Assembly (NCBI GenBank): GCA_002269645.1
Contig: NIVC01000990.1
Span: 310,001 to 374,000, forward strand
DNA length: 64,000 nt
Direction of reading: 5' to 3'
From: Macrostomum lignano
Lineage: Eukaryota
Every line of letters begins with the position of its first letter. The stretch's first letter is position 1. Of this stretch, positions 48,601-62,300 are shown piece by piece. Under the pieces are notes generated by a model. The model worked only from the letters and a program-made list of their open reading frames with translations, was not told the DNA's origin and did not search any database. The position numbers and the translations under genes are program-made.

Positions 48601-49200
48601 CAACTTCCCCTTCCAAATCTGCTCGACTGATCTAGTTGAGTACAGCGGTGCCGATCCTACCTGGTGTACGTTGATGAATATAGCCGCTGGCTGAGCGTCA
48701 CTCGACTGCGGTCAACAACCAGCCTGGCCGTGGTGCAAGTACTGCAGGACCACTTCCAGAACTTCGGTGTGCCTGAGAAGCTCATCAGCGACGGTGGCCC
48801 GCAGTTCCCGGCTGGAGAGTTCAACCAACCACGATGAAGAGGTTCAAGATCGAGTACAGGACATCAAGCCCAACATATCCGCAGTAAAACGGCAGAGCAA
48901 AGCGGTACGTGCAAACTGCGAAGAATCTGATGAAGAAGTGCAAGGAGACTGGTCAAAGTCTGGAGATGGCACTTCTGCAGTACCGGAACACTCCTGTCGG
49001 CAGCGGCTTCCCAAGTCGGGCTGAAATGGTCTTCGGCCGAAGCTTCGATGTGACCTGCCGAGAAAACTTGTCCGCGACAGCATCGAAACATTTCAGAACG
49101 AGCGGATCCGAGCAGCGCAACTGTACAACCGCGGTGCACGTCCGCTGCAGCGTCTTGATGAGGACGCACTTTTTTCCAAATCCCGCGCTAGCACATGCGC
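45690..49200 (+). mobile_element. Decayed Gypsy/Ty3 (Mag/K02A2.6-like) LTR retrotransposon gag-pol
   Basis: Gag LTALGPDGKDVY, LRQLVKRCNY, ILRDHVVIGVSD, Cys/His knuckles TCNACGRANHFSSVC; protease FKVDTGAYVNVI; RT WVSNVAIVWKK...MRLCLDP...GRYRW...YGLSSIPEVFQ; RNase H SVDASKSGIGAVL; integrase HAGHPGIVK, ISDGGPQF. Many frameshifts; flanking LTR pair not identified. Confidence 0.93.
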
Positions 49201-49697
49201 TCTAAACTTACTAGCCTACTAACAGTGGGCAATGGGCATTTTTATCCTTTTTCAGCGAATTGTCATAGAATCTATACTAGATACAATGTTTGGTCATACT
49301 AGTAGTCATAATAACATAGGCGCAGCTTTTTGGGTCAAATCATCGCTTTCGAAGCTGGTCTGACAGACCCCTGCGCCTCACTCAGTGTTGAGGCGGGCGC
49401 CAGATGGTCTGAGAGGATGCGGGTGGTAGCTTTTTTCTCATCATTTTGACAGGCCATCAAGATTTATGAAGTCAGAGCCTATTTTTCGGGTTCACTCAAG
49501 CGCGTGACAGCTTTGACAGCTATGTGTTTTACCCCTAAAAGTACTTTGGGATTAGCGATTAGCAATTTCTCTTCATTATCTTCACTTTCTATTTAATAAG
49601 AGCTTTCTAATGTATATTTTTTCATTAATTTCTGTCAATCCTACGCGAAAAGTCATAAATCATTTTGTTGCGATTTTGATTGATTTATGGCCGCACC

Positions 49698-50398
49698 TGT
49701 CATCTTCTTACGACCCTGTGGGAACTGATAGGATCTCCCGGTCACGTGATTCTGGGTAGCAACAAGCTTAGCCAATCAGAAAATTCGGCGCTCATTTCAA
49801 CAAAACGGCTCAGCCAATCAGAATCGACGTGTCCCATTATAACAAACTACGGTCCAGTTGGCGGCTATTTAAACCGGTGTTTTTGGCCCGCTCGGACTGC
49901 ATTCCGGGTGCTACCCCTGCAAACCTTCTTGCGACCGGGTGCTACCCTTGGCTCCACCGGCCAGGAATTGACCGTCATTTCTTGATCCCCGGATTGCGAC
50001 TCCCCCCCCCCATCATCATCAAGGACGAATCCCCCGGTCATCAGCAGTGAATATCAAAGTGAAGAGCATCACCTGCTAGCTATCAGCGAAGATTGTGACA
50101 TCAGCATCATCCCGAGCCTACAGCTGCGAAGCATCAAGCCGATTCTGTCACTGTGGATCACCTGGTCTCCGGCTGTTGAGTTTCTGATTGGTTGGGTGAG
50201 AGGCTGCCTAGACTTGCTTGATTGGGTGATTCCCTATCTGTCCCCTGTTTCAGTAGCTGAATTAGGCGCACACTTTTGCTCTTTTTGTTCAGTAGTGCTG
50301 TTGCTGAGGCAGAAGTCATTCAATAATACTGCTAGTAGTCTAAAACTCTAATTCAATCTGAAGTGCGAAGTGATCTAAGGAGAAGGTTAAGTCTAACA
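49698..50398 (+). mobile_element. Possible LTR (TG...CA) of a further decayed element
   Basis: Begins TGTCA, ends TAACA; two AGCCAATCAG boxes and TATTTAAA inside; no TSD or partner LTR seen. Confidence 0.35.
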
Positions 50399-52820
50399 GT
50401 TATTTTTATCGGTTTTATTTCTTTGTTCGCCGATGGCTCAGATGAGTAGCCAAACTAGTAGGCACCGGTCGCAGTGGACCAATGGCAAGGCAGTTCTCAG
50501 TCGATCAAACTATCAAATCAGTGAGCAAAACTGCTAGAAGTGCAGAATCGGCGCCAGAGATGTACTCTGTGCACTCTAAGGTTAGCTAAGCGGCTCGGGT
50601 GATGAATCATGCGGTCTCTGAAGTTCGAGTTAGCCTATCATCAGCGCTAGGAGAGGCTGGTTGGCTCGTTGAAGGCCAAAAGTACATATCTTCGTATTTA
50701 GCAATGTAATAGTACATGTAGCTACCCCATAGACTCGCCACCGCAAGAATCCCCTGCACAACTCCCCTCTGTACCTGCATGGCCAATGCGATCTAGTCCC
50801 AGCAGTGTCCCTTATCATCGGCTATGACTTCGAGATTGACAGCAAAAAGACACTAGTTGGCAGGTAAGTGCGAAGCCCCTTCTAGTCGGAAGCCCGATTT
50901 CGAGAGTCCCGGTGTGGTGAGCCAGGACGCACGGGCTGGTGGCAGCGAGTTAGCTTAGTCTGCGGATTAGCTAATTTCTACCTTCAAAATTCTCCCTGCT
51001 TGTCTCTCGCTGTCCCTCTCTTAGCTGTAGGACCTAGACTGCTCGCCACACGATCAAGCTACCATGGGGCTGACCATCTGACAGGAGTGGGGGGCCAGGA
51101 CTCTAATTGATTTATTTCTGAGACCTGAGGCCCGAAGGCTTCCCCACAAGGGGGCCGAAAGGTCGAAACCCATCAGTCTGATGGTGGGCGAGCCAGTCTG
51201 GCTTCAGCCGTGGCCGCCGCGGGACTGGGTGGTTGCTGCATGAGATCGACAGTGAAGTATGCGACTCTTCGAGATCGTACTGGGTCCGTAAGGAGACCGG
51301 TTAGCTGATGAGGCGTATTCAGCGCTACTTCGCAGGTAGGGCGATTCCTTCTTTGAAAGTGACATGGCAGACATACACGTATTATTTATTAGCTAACCTG
51401 CAGTACATGTAAAGTTGAAGTTCGAGTTCATAGCTCGTACTACAGAAATCCTGTAGATTGTGAGGTAAAGATACTGGAAATGACATCTTGTACACTACTA
51501 CTGTACGTGGCTAGTGCCTCGATTTAATCGAGATTAGGAAAAATACTTCGGACTAAAAGCCTACATGCATGTATAAATTCCCAGAGCACTTTTACTGTAC
51601 AGAATCGATCGGTTCATTCAGGCATGAATAAAAACAAAATCGGCAAAGACTTTAGCAGGGTATAATTTTTTTATAATCTTCAATCATCAATCTGAGATAT
51701 AAGTTGACATTTAGCCAGGATCCTTAACTGGAAGCTCTTAAATGCTGCTTCTTCCTAGTATGCCTAACAAGATAATAAAATTCGACACTTCTGAGAATCG
51801 ATATTTTGGTTTCTCAAAGTTAAATTAATTATTTAGATTCCAATCTCTCTGTCGTCCCCTGTTTCTTCGTTTTTTTAATCTCATTGCCTTCTTTTCACTC
51901 CCTTCGTCTTTTGTCTGCTTTTTCCTCCCTTTTTGCTTTCCTTTTGCACCTACATGAATCTCATATTCTTTAGCCCATATTCAAAGCAACTGTGCGTTCT
52001 TGCAATTCGTCAATTTCATTCTCCCTTTTCAGTTATGTTATTATTATCGACTCTTGATTACAAATGATCAAAATGATTATACTCGCCACCCCACAGCTTA
52101 CTCGTCACCGTTTAACTGGCACTTGAGTCTTCTACTCAATTACTAAGTAATTGACAATGGACCGGCGCTTTACTTCCTTGTCTTAAACTATTTCCAATCC
52201 GACAAATTTCGCCCTTGCATTATAAACAATAATACGAATTCAGAATTTTGTTATACAAACCTAAGTCCCAGTTCTGTTTGTTAATATTTAATTTAATACT
52301 CGTAAAAATCATATACTTACTATTATTTTTCGCGTATATTTAAAATTTAAATGTTAGCTCAATTTTAAAACAATTTCACATTAATAAATTTTCTATGGCG
52401 CCGCCGTTGCCACCCGTGCAACACCTTCGGCAATATACTTTTCTGGGAGGCGTACTACTACGATGTCTAGTGCAACCAAACATGACATAACAAACTCACA
52501 AACTCGCCTAACTGTTTAACTTTGTTAGAATTTCGTTTAAAATTTGTTAAATTCGAAAAATAGAGGATTGCCAATATTTCTAATATAACTTTATTTACTC
52601 AGGCCATAGGGCCTAGGTCTAGCTGGGCGTTTGGCTTTAAAGTGATGGATTGTAGGCCTAATCAAATAGGCCCTACATGTATAAATTGATTATAGCTATA
52701 TATACTATAGTGTATAACACTAGTTTAGTTAGACTAGGCCTAGGCTAGTATTTATTTTAGATAGTATATAAATAATGATATTACATTTTACATAATACTA
52801 GGCAAATAATACTAGCTATA

Positions 52821-53502
52821 GGTCCATGAGAAATGCCCGCAGACAAATTGCCCGCTGAGATTTGCCCGCAGGAGATTTGCCCGTGGAGATTTGCCCGCTG
52901 AGCTTTTCCCGCGGAGATTTGCCTGCAGACTGCAGTGCATTTTGCCCGTGAGCAAATTGCCCATGGAGATTTGCTGGCCGAGAATTGCCTGCTGAGATTT
53001 GCCGCAGTGCAATTTGCCCGCAAGCTAGTTGCCCGCCGAGTTTTTTCCTGCCAAGGTTTGCCCGCAATGCTTTTTTCCTGCAGCACATTTAGCGACGCAG
53101 CAGATTTTGTTTGCATTGCCTTCCCAATGCTTAGTACGTGTTAATCTCAATAAAGAGATTTACACAATCAAAACATTTTGATAGTAACTGTATATCAAAT
53201 GCATATTTTTGGGGGGCATGCAGTCAGAATCTAGCTGCCAAATGCGCTGCAGGAAAAAAGCATTGTGGGCAAACCTCGGTGGGAAAAAACTTGGCAGGCA
53301 ACTCGCTCGCGGGCAAATTGCACTGTGGGCAAATCTCGGCGGGCAATTCTCGGCAGGCAAATCTCTACAGGCAATTCACTCTGGGCAAAATGCACTGCGG
53401 GCAAATCTCCGCGGGAAAAGCTTGGCGGGCAAATCTCCACGGGCAAATCTCCTGCAGGCAAATCTCGACAGGCAATTTGTTTGTGGGCATTTCTCGTGCT
53501 CC
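52821..53502. mobile_element. Foldback-type MITE with long TIRs made of 17-18-bp GAGATTTGCCCGC subrepeats
   Basis: Left GGTCCATGAGAAATGCCCGCAGACAAATTGCC versus reverse-complemented right end GGAGCACGAGAAATGCCCACAAACAAATTGCC; mirrored repeat arms around a short AT-rich core. Confidence 0.9.
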
Positions 53503-54989
53503 CACTAGCAATACCATGCAAATAACAAGTGCTTTCTAAAGATAATATTTTAATAGATGATATTTAATTTGATACTCTAATAGATAAGCCTTAATAAATG
53601 ATTAGTTTTTTTGTATTCATTTAAAAATGCTAAAAATATTATAATTAAGAAATAGCTTTAATTGGCCAAACAGGCACTTTGTCAAATTATCATTCTTTAC
53701 TCAATGTTTATATATTTGATTTAAAATAAAATAAGATCTATAGTAAAATTTTCTATCAATTGTATACAAAGTGCTATGCAATACAAGAAAGCTTGAACCT
53801 AGCAAACAAAGAAAAGGTTATAAGTCATGCATATAAACAACAATGTGACTCATAATAATAAGTTTAATTAACATATCATCAGAATTAAATACTATATTCT
53901 TAGCAAATGACTTAGGCCTGTAAGTAATTCAAGATATTATTATTCTAGATTTAATTTTAACTATAGGCCTAGTCATAAAAGAAAAGCTAACAATTTTTTT
54001 TTTCAATTTCTTGTATTTAATGTTGTAAGCCAATTTACTTCTAAGATTTGAGACTTGAGTTTAAGATAGAGCCAGATCTGCTACAATTTATATCTTATAT
54101 CTAAAGCTAAGTAGATTGATTGACTGGCTAGATTTAATGCATATCTTCTCCTGATGGCTGACAACTCAAATGTGGGACATATATATTAATATAGAATTTT
54201 CCTACATAACAAATAGGCTATTTTAATGTTGAAATTTTCAAAATTAAGTCTGAAAAAAGCAGAAAACACTTTTCTTAACCTTCTTTGGCCACGTTGCTTC
54301 TCTAGTAAAGGGTTGGCAATCTGTTTGTAAAAAAGCCACCCCAACCTTATCTGCAGGTTGCTGCAAATTGGAAGGGTAGCTGAGACATGTTGTGTATTCA
54401 ATGCCTATAGAACTCCCACATTTTAGGAGTGCAATTACATTTAATGATTTACCCAAAATATGGGGGGGTTAGGCTTGGACTGAGTGTATATAGGAGTTGT
54501 ACAATATAAACAGATAGATAGGACTATGTTGAAATTCAATTGGTTTTATTATTCATGCCTTTCAAAAGGCAGCCCTGTGTATTTGCTTGGCAATGAATTT
54601 CAATGCATAAAATTGCAAGTCTTACCAGCAGGCAGGTGAATATATATGCAATGCTCAATGCTTTTAATTGGGAAGTTCAAATGCTAACTATTCTCCAGTT
54701 TTAAACTTTGAAAGAAAAGACTTATATTGCTAGAAAAATCCTGCAATGCTAAATTCTGGGATATAAGTTGTTTGCTTTAAATTTGAAATTGAAAAGCGCA
54801 ACATCCAAAAACAATTTTCATGCTTCTAACTTTCTGCAAAGATTGTAGCTACTTTTGCTATAGGTCAGTTAGACATTAAGTTAGGGGGGTGTTGCATATG
54901 CACATTCTAGCCAGCTATTATTTGAGTAATTTTAGTAAGTTAGGGCGGGTGACAAATTTCAATTTTTTTATTATTGGCGCCTCTGTCAC

Positions 54990-55980
<991 letters not shown>

Positions 55981-57692
55981 TCAGTCTGAATGATGGCAGT
56001 AGAGAAATGGTATTTGAGAGGTTCTAAAGAGGATTTGTGGAGGATTTAGAAGATGGAATTCAAGTCATGGGATTCAGCTAATGGATTTCAGGGAATAGAG
56101 TTCTGGCAATGGGAGTTTTATCCCATTTCTCCTCCAACAGAGGAGTTGGCCTTGTATAGTATAAAAGTAAATAGGCTTATAACATGAAATATTTTGCCTT
56201 TCGCATGCATGCATTAGATAGGCTTGTCAACACAAAAAAATTCAAGAATGCCATTGCTAAAAACAGGTCTCTAGACACAGTTCTAGTGCATTTGGATATG
56301 CAAGGTAGCAGTAGATCATTTGTTTGATTCTTTTAGCTATTTAGTATATAGGACACTACTCTGTTGGTTTGCCTAACTTTTTTAGGCCACAGCTGCATTG
56401 GAAAATATAGGCTGACTTGCCCAATGCTTGCATAGCATTGGTCACCTTCTACTCATCCTAGTGCTTTGCATGGAGAAATGCTAGCTTCTAGACTTTAACA
56501 TGCCTATGCAGCAGTTAAAAGTCAGAGCTGAATAGCACCTCTGCACTAAAAGCCATTATTCCATCTCAAGTTATTGGTAATTAGTCAGGCTAGAAATTTT
56601 GCTGCTGACTCATTTGTATCACTTATCTCACTTTTTAAACCATTTTCTTTAAGACCAAAGCTAGCATAGCACCCTTGCACATGAAGATGATATCATTAGG
56701 TAGCATATTTAACTATCTGAGCTCATTTGGCCCACCTTGGTCAACTTATATAATTAGATGAGTATCTCAATCTAGAAGGTATTCACTACTCAGCCAATCA
56801 ATAAAGAACCAAACCATTTCCCAACAAAAATGCAGTGGCCTTGGACCAACAGATCTTGGCAAAGTTCAACAATCATTTTTTCATTGAATGTGGCAGGTGT
56901 TTGCATTGTGAATCTATATCAAATCTATAATTATCTTCCAGAGTAGTATGAACTAAAAAGTTCAGTAGCCTATTTTTTGTGCACTTTGTTAGAATGTACT
57001 ACTTGAAGTCTAGGTGTTTTTTGTAAAGAATTAATAAATCATCAATACTTATTTCTTTGTCAGGTCAATAGATATTCATGCAAGTGCCTTGAAAATTGTT
57101 TTAAGAATGGATGAATTTTGTTAGATAATCCAGTATAGGATCCTCAAGGCAATCATAAAAGCAAAGAAAGCCAAGCAATTGCTTGATGCAGTCTCTAGAG
57201 AGCAGTCAGAGCACCTCAAGCTTGAAAATATGGTGTCAAATAATAGTTGTCAGTGTTCATTTATCTCAGTCTTATTGTTGCTATCCTTGTATACTATCAG
57301 GTACATGCTAATCAATTTCTTGGCTTTGTTTGTATTTTATTTTTTCCACTATAACAAACTCAAAAAGTAGGTCATTAGCATCCAATGAGTGAATTGTTGC
57401 CTAGGCTCTATGTTTGGTCCACTTATCTAGGTCTTCAAACAATCAGATTAGAATAAACCTAGGAACACAATTGCTATGGGCTGTAGGTTTTTTCCACTTT
57501 GCAGATTTTTTGTTTCTGTGGATATTGCTAAATAATAATTTTTCAAATAAGCTTTTCCTGTGGATTTTTCGCTAATTTAAGTTCCTTTTCATTTAGCATT
57601 CGAATTTCACTCATTTGATGCTCTACATAGAGCTATTCTATCACAGTTTATATCAGAAAGTTGTTTTCTTTGACTAAGATAAACCTAAATAC

Positions 57693-58094
57693 TAGAGGTC
57701 GGACAAGCAGAAAATTTTGGTTGGGCGTGAAATTTCGTGAAATTTTCAAAGTTGGGCGTGATCGTGATTGTGATCGTGAATTTATATTTGCATACATGTA
57801 TTTTGAGCTCGTAAGTTACAAGTGTTGAAAATAACAAAACAAGAAAAGAAATATCTATAAATTGATAATAGCTACTCGGTAATGCTGTCAAGTCAACAAA
57901 TTTAAAATTTATTACTCTTTTACACATTTGTGTTCACATATTTTGGTAAACCAAGTAGAAAAGTTATACTTCTAATAAAAATGTAATAAAGCAGAAATTC
58001 ACGACTATCATGAATGGGTTTCAAGGAAATCATGATTGTGAAAAAATGGTCATGAATTCACGAAATTGTGATCACGGGTCACGTCTGACCCCTA
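57693..58094. mobile_element. hAT MITE (402 bp) with an 8-bp TSD
   Basis: TIR TAGAGGTCGGAC / GTCTGACCCCTA; identical CTAAATAC at 57685-57692 and 58095-58102; subterminal CGTGA/TCACG motifs. Confidence 0.92.
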
Positions 58095-59313
58095 CTAAAT
58101 ACAGTAGGCCTATATAAGAATAGAGACCCACATTATTTAGTTTATATTTCCACAAAAAAGTCACTAGTGTAGTCAGATCTATATTTCTTATAATTTTTTA
58201 ATCTTCATTCCAATGGTAGTGTTAGAATGCTAATTGTGGTGAAGTTTACAGGACACAAGTCTTATGCTAGCATCTGTCATAATTATATTATAAGCCTGTA
58301 GGCATAGAACATACAAAATAGAATCTGATTTTTTTGCATATTTGCAATTGCAGAGTGTCTTTTTTTATATTTATTTATGCCTCAATAGAAGTCACCCTTA
58401 CCCATAGATTAGATATTCCCTAGATACTCGTATATCACTTTGTGTACTTGGGTGCACCCATATACCCAGTGTAATTTTTTGGAAATTTTAGCAACTACTC
58501 TTTACTTATAGTTTAAGTTCAGATTTTTTGTTGAGTCACTGATACAAGCTAATTTTTAAAAAGTGGCATAGCAACACTGCCTAGGAAAAAGGAAGTTGTG
58601 TGCTCAACATTGGCAGATGCTTTTATTCTAGGATTCGGGCTAGGTATTCTACAAAACTCAATGTCTTGCTAGATAAGCTTGTCAGTTTTAAAATACTACC
58701 ACTTTGGCCAAAGCCTAGGTAGCTAGACTTATTCTAATTGAGATTTTGTTTACTAGATATTTATTGTCTACTAATTTGTTATCTCAGTCACATAGATTGT
58801 AGTCTGTAAGGTTAAAACCAGAATAAGTAAAAAAAAGTAAAACAATGTTTAATAGTTGTAGTTGTGACAGTTTGTTGCAATGTTTTTTAGATTGTTGATT
58901 TAGAAAAACTTTTTTTAGAAAAAAAACTGTAACAACTTCCTGATTTGTAATTAGATGCTCAAAATTATTCATTCAATGGATTGATCTAGGTTTTACGAGC
59001 GTAGAAAATAGTTTTTTGAATTTTGGTATCCCAATATCTCTACCTTTACATTGCTGAGCCTTTTGACCCTTTGGAGTTGCAGAGTTGCAGTCTAAAATTC
59101 CTGATGCCAACAGTTGAAGTTGATGTATCATGACAATAAAAAACCAAGCATACAACTAATAGTAGTAACTTCATTTTTATTCTCTTTTTTTATCGTTCGC
59201 CCATAAAATATTGGTATAAATTTCTGCTAAACGAAAGAAAAATTCCTTGATTAAAAACACAAAATTGCAAACATCCACTTCAATACTACTAGTAAACAGT
59301 TTCTGAAGGCAGC

Positions 59314-62300
59314 ATGCAGCCAGTCTCTACCAATGCCAATGGCAGTCCAGAGCAGACCAAGCAGAAGTCGCAGCACGAGCGAGTTGCAATCCTTGACGCT
59401 GGAGCCCAATTTGGCAAAGTGATTGACAGGCGAATTAGGGAACTATGTGTCCTTAGCGAACTGTTGCCCATGGAAACCACGGTGGAGCAGCTCAAGTCTG
59501 CTGGCTATCGAGCTATTGTTATCTCTGGCGGTCCCGGATCGGTGAATGCACCGGATGCACCGGCGTATGATCAGCGTTTGTTTGACTGCGGCTTGCCAGT
59601 GCTGGGCATTTGCTATGGCATGCAGCTGCTTAATAAGTGGGTTTGCGCTGTCTGTGGCAATGGGATGGCTCTGACCTTGTTTGTCCTGTCTTCTGTCTTT
59701 TGTCATCCAGCTTCTGTGCTTCATCTGTCACCTGGTGTCTGTGCCTCATCTGTCACCCAGCCTCTGTGCTTCATCTGTCACCCAGCCTCTGTGCTTCATC
59801 TGTCACCCAGCCTCTGTGCTGCATCTGTCACCCAGCCTCTGTGCTTCATCCGTCACCTAGTGTCGGCTTCATCTATCACCTAGTGTCTGTGCTTCATCTG
59901 TCACCCAGCTTCTGTGCTTCATCTGTCACCCAGACTCTGCTTCGTCTGTCATCCAGATTCTGTGCTTCATCTGTCACCCCGCCTCAGTGCTTCATCTGTC
60001 ACCCAGCCTCTGTGCTTCATCTGTCACCCAGCCTCTGTGCTTCATCCGTCACCTAGTGTCGACTTCATCTATAACCTAGTGTCTGTGCTTCATCTGTCAC
60101 CCAGCTTCTGTGCTTCATCTGTCACCCAGACTCTGCTTCGTCTGTCATCCAGATTCTGTGCTTCATCTGTCACCCCGCCTCAGTGCTTCATCTGTCACCC
60201 AGCCTCTGTGCTTCATCTGTCACCCAGCTTCTATGCTTCATCTGTCACCCAGCCTCTGTGCTTCATCTGTCACCCAGCCTCTGCTTCATCCGTCACCTAG
60301 TGTCGGCTTCATCTATCACCTAGTGTCTGTGCTTCATCTGTCACCCAGCTTCTGTGCTTCATCTGTCACCCAGCCTCTGTGCTTCATCTGTCACCCAGCC
60401 TCTGTGCTTCATCTGTCACCCAGCCTCTGTGCTGCATCTGTCACCCAGCCTCTGTGCTTCATCCGTCACCTAGTGTCGGCTTCATCTATCACCTAGTGTC
60501 TGTGCTTCATCTGTCACCCAGCTTCTGTGCTTCATCTGTCACCCAGACTCTGCTTCGTCTGTCATCCAGATTCTGTGCTTCATCTGTCACCCAGCTTCTG
60601 TGCCTCATCTGTCACCCAGCTTCTGTGCTTCATCTGTCACCCCGCCTTAGTGCTTCATCTGTCACCCAGCCTCTGTGCTTCATGTCACCTAGCTTCTCAG
60701 CGCTTCATCTGTCACCCAGCCTCTGTGCTTCATGTCACCTAGCTTCTCAGCGCTTCATCTGTCACCTAGTGTCCGTGCTTCATCTGTCACCCAGCATCAG
60801 TGCTTCATCTGTCACCCAGTGCCTGTGCCTCATCTGGCACCCAGCTTCTCAGCGCTTCTACTATCCAATGTTTAACTCTAATTTATATTTTAGGAAACAA
60901 GCTGTGATTTTTTGCATAATTAAATAGCCATAAATAATTTCGCCGCTCCATCAGACACCTTGGAGGCGAAGTGTCGCTCGCGGGCTCCCGCGAAGACGGC
61001 CAGTTCTCCGTCCAGTTGGAGACGTCCTGCCGTCTGTTCCGCGGCATGCAGGCCAGCGAAGACGCGCTGCTCACCCACGGCGATCACGTCAGCCGTGTGG
61101 CGCCCGGACTGGACGTTATCGCCCGATCCGACGGCATGGTGGTTGCCATAGCAACTAAAGAATCGTCCGGCCGCCGGCTGTACGGCGTCCAGTTCCATCC
61201 GGAAGTGGATTTGACGCCCAATGGCGGTTGCGTGTTTCGGAATTTCCTTTTTGACATCGCCGGGCTGAAGGGCGACTATCGAATGGCCGAGCGGGAGAGC
61301 TCCTGCCTCAGGTTGGTGCTGAAGCTTGCACACTAGGATCCCGCACTGCCTAAGCTTTTCAGGTTTTTGTTGTTATCAGAGTTGAGTTCTGTGGATTATA
61401 AGGATTGATATCTAGGAATACGAGTATTTGGGATTCTAGGAGTTATACTACATTGAAATCCCATTTTAGGGATAGCTCATAGAAATCCCACTCTAGGGAT
61501 CAGAGCCCATAAAAATCCATGCTAAGGATTATAGGCCGCTGAAAATCCCATTATAGGGATCAAATAGCCCATGCAAATCCCACTCTAGGTATCATAGCTC
61601 ATAGAAATCCCATTATAGGGATCATAGCCGGTAGATATCCCATTCTAGGGATCATAGCCAATAAATATCCCATTCTAGGGATCAAAGCCGGTAGATATCC
61701 CATTCTAGGGATCATAGCCAATAAATATCCCATTCTAGGGATCAAAGCCGGTAGATATCCCATTCTAGGGATCATAGCCAATAAATATCCCATTCTAGGG
61801 ATCAAAGCCGTTAGATATCCCATTCTGCAGGTAGTTAATTTCCTAGCCTGAAACCCCCCAACCCACAGCTACATCCGCGAGTCCGTGCCCTCGGACTGCC
61901 GAGTCCTGATGCTCCTTAGCGGCGGCGTTGACAGCAGCACCTGCGCCGCTTTGCTGGCCAAAGCCCTCAGGCCCGACCAGATTGTTGCTGTGCACATTGA
62001 CAATGGATTTATGCGCTTGCGCGAGAGCAGCCTTGTGATTAAGAGCTTAGCGGCGCTTGGATTGCAGGTCTGTTGTAGCTGGGGGGTTCTACACGCGTCT
62101 AAGGGATTGCATTGCATGTGGTTTCTTTATCATTAGCTCTTTATTCCACAGTCTTCTAGGTGCCTATGCACGCAAATAAGGGATTTTTATCCCCATCCTG
62201 AGAAATAGTCATATCATCAGTAGGGATTTTTATCCCCATCCTGAGAAATAGTCATATCATCAGTAGGGATTTTTATCCCCATCCTGAGAAATAGTCATAT

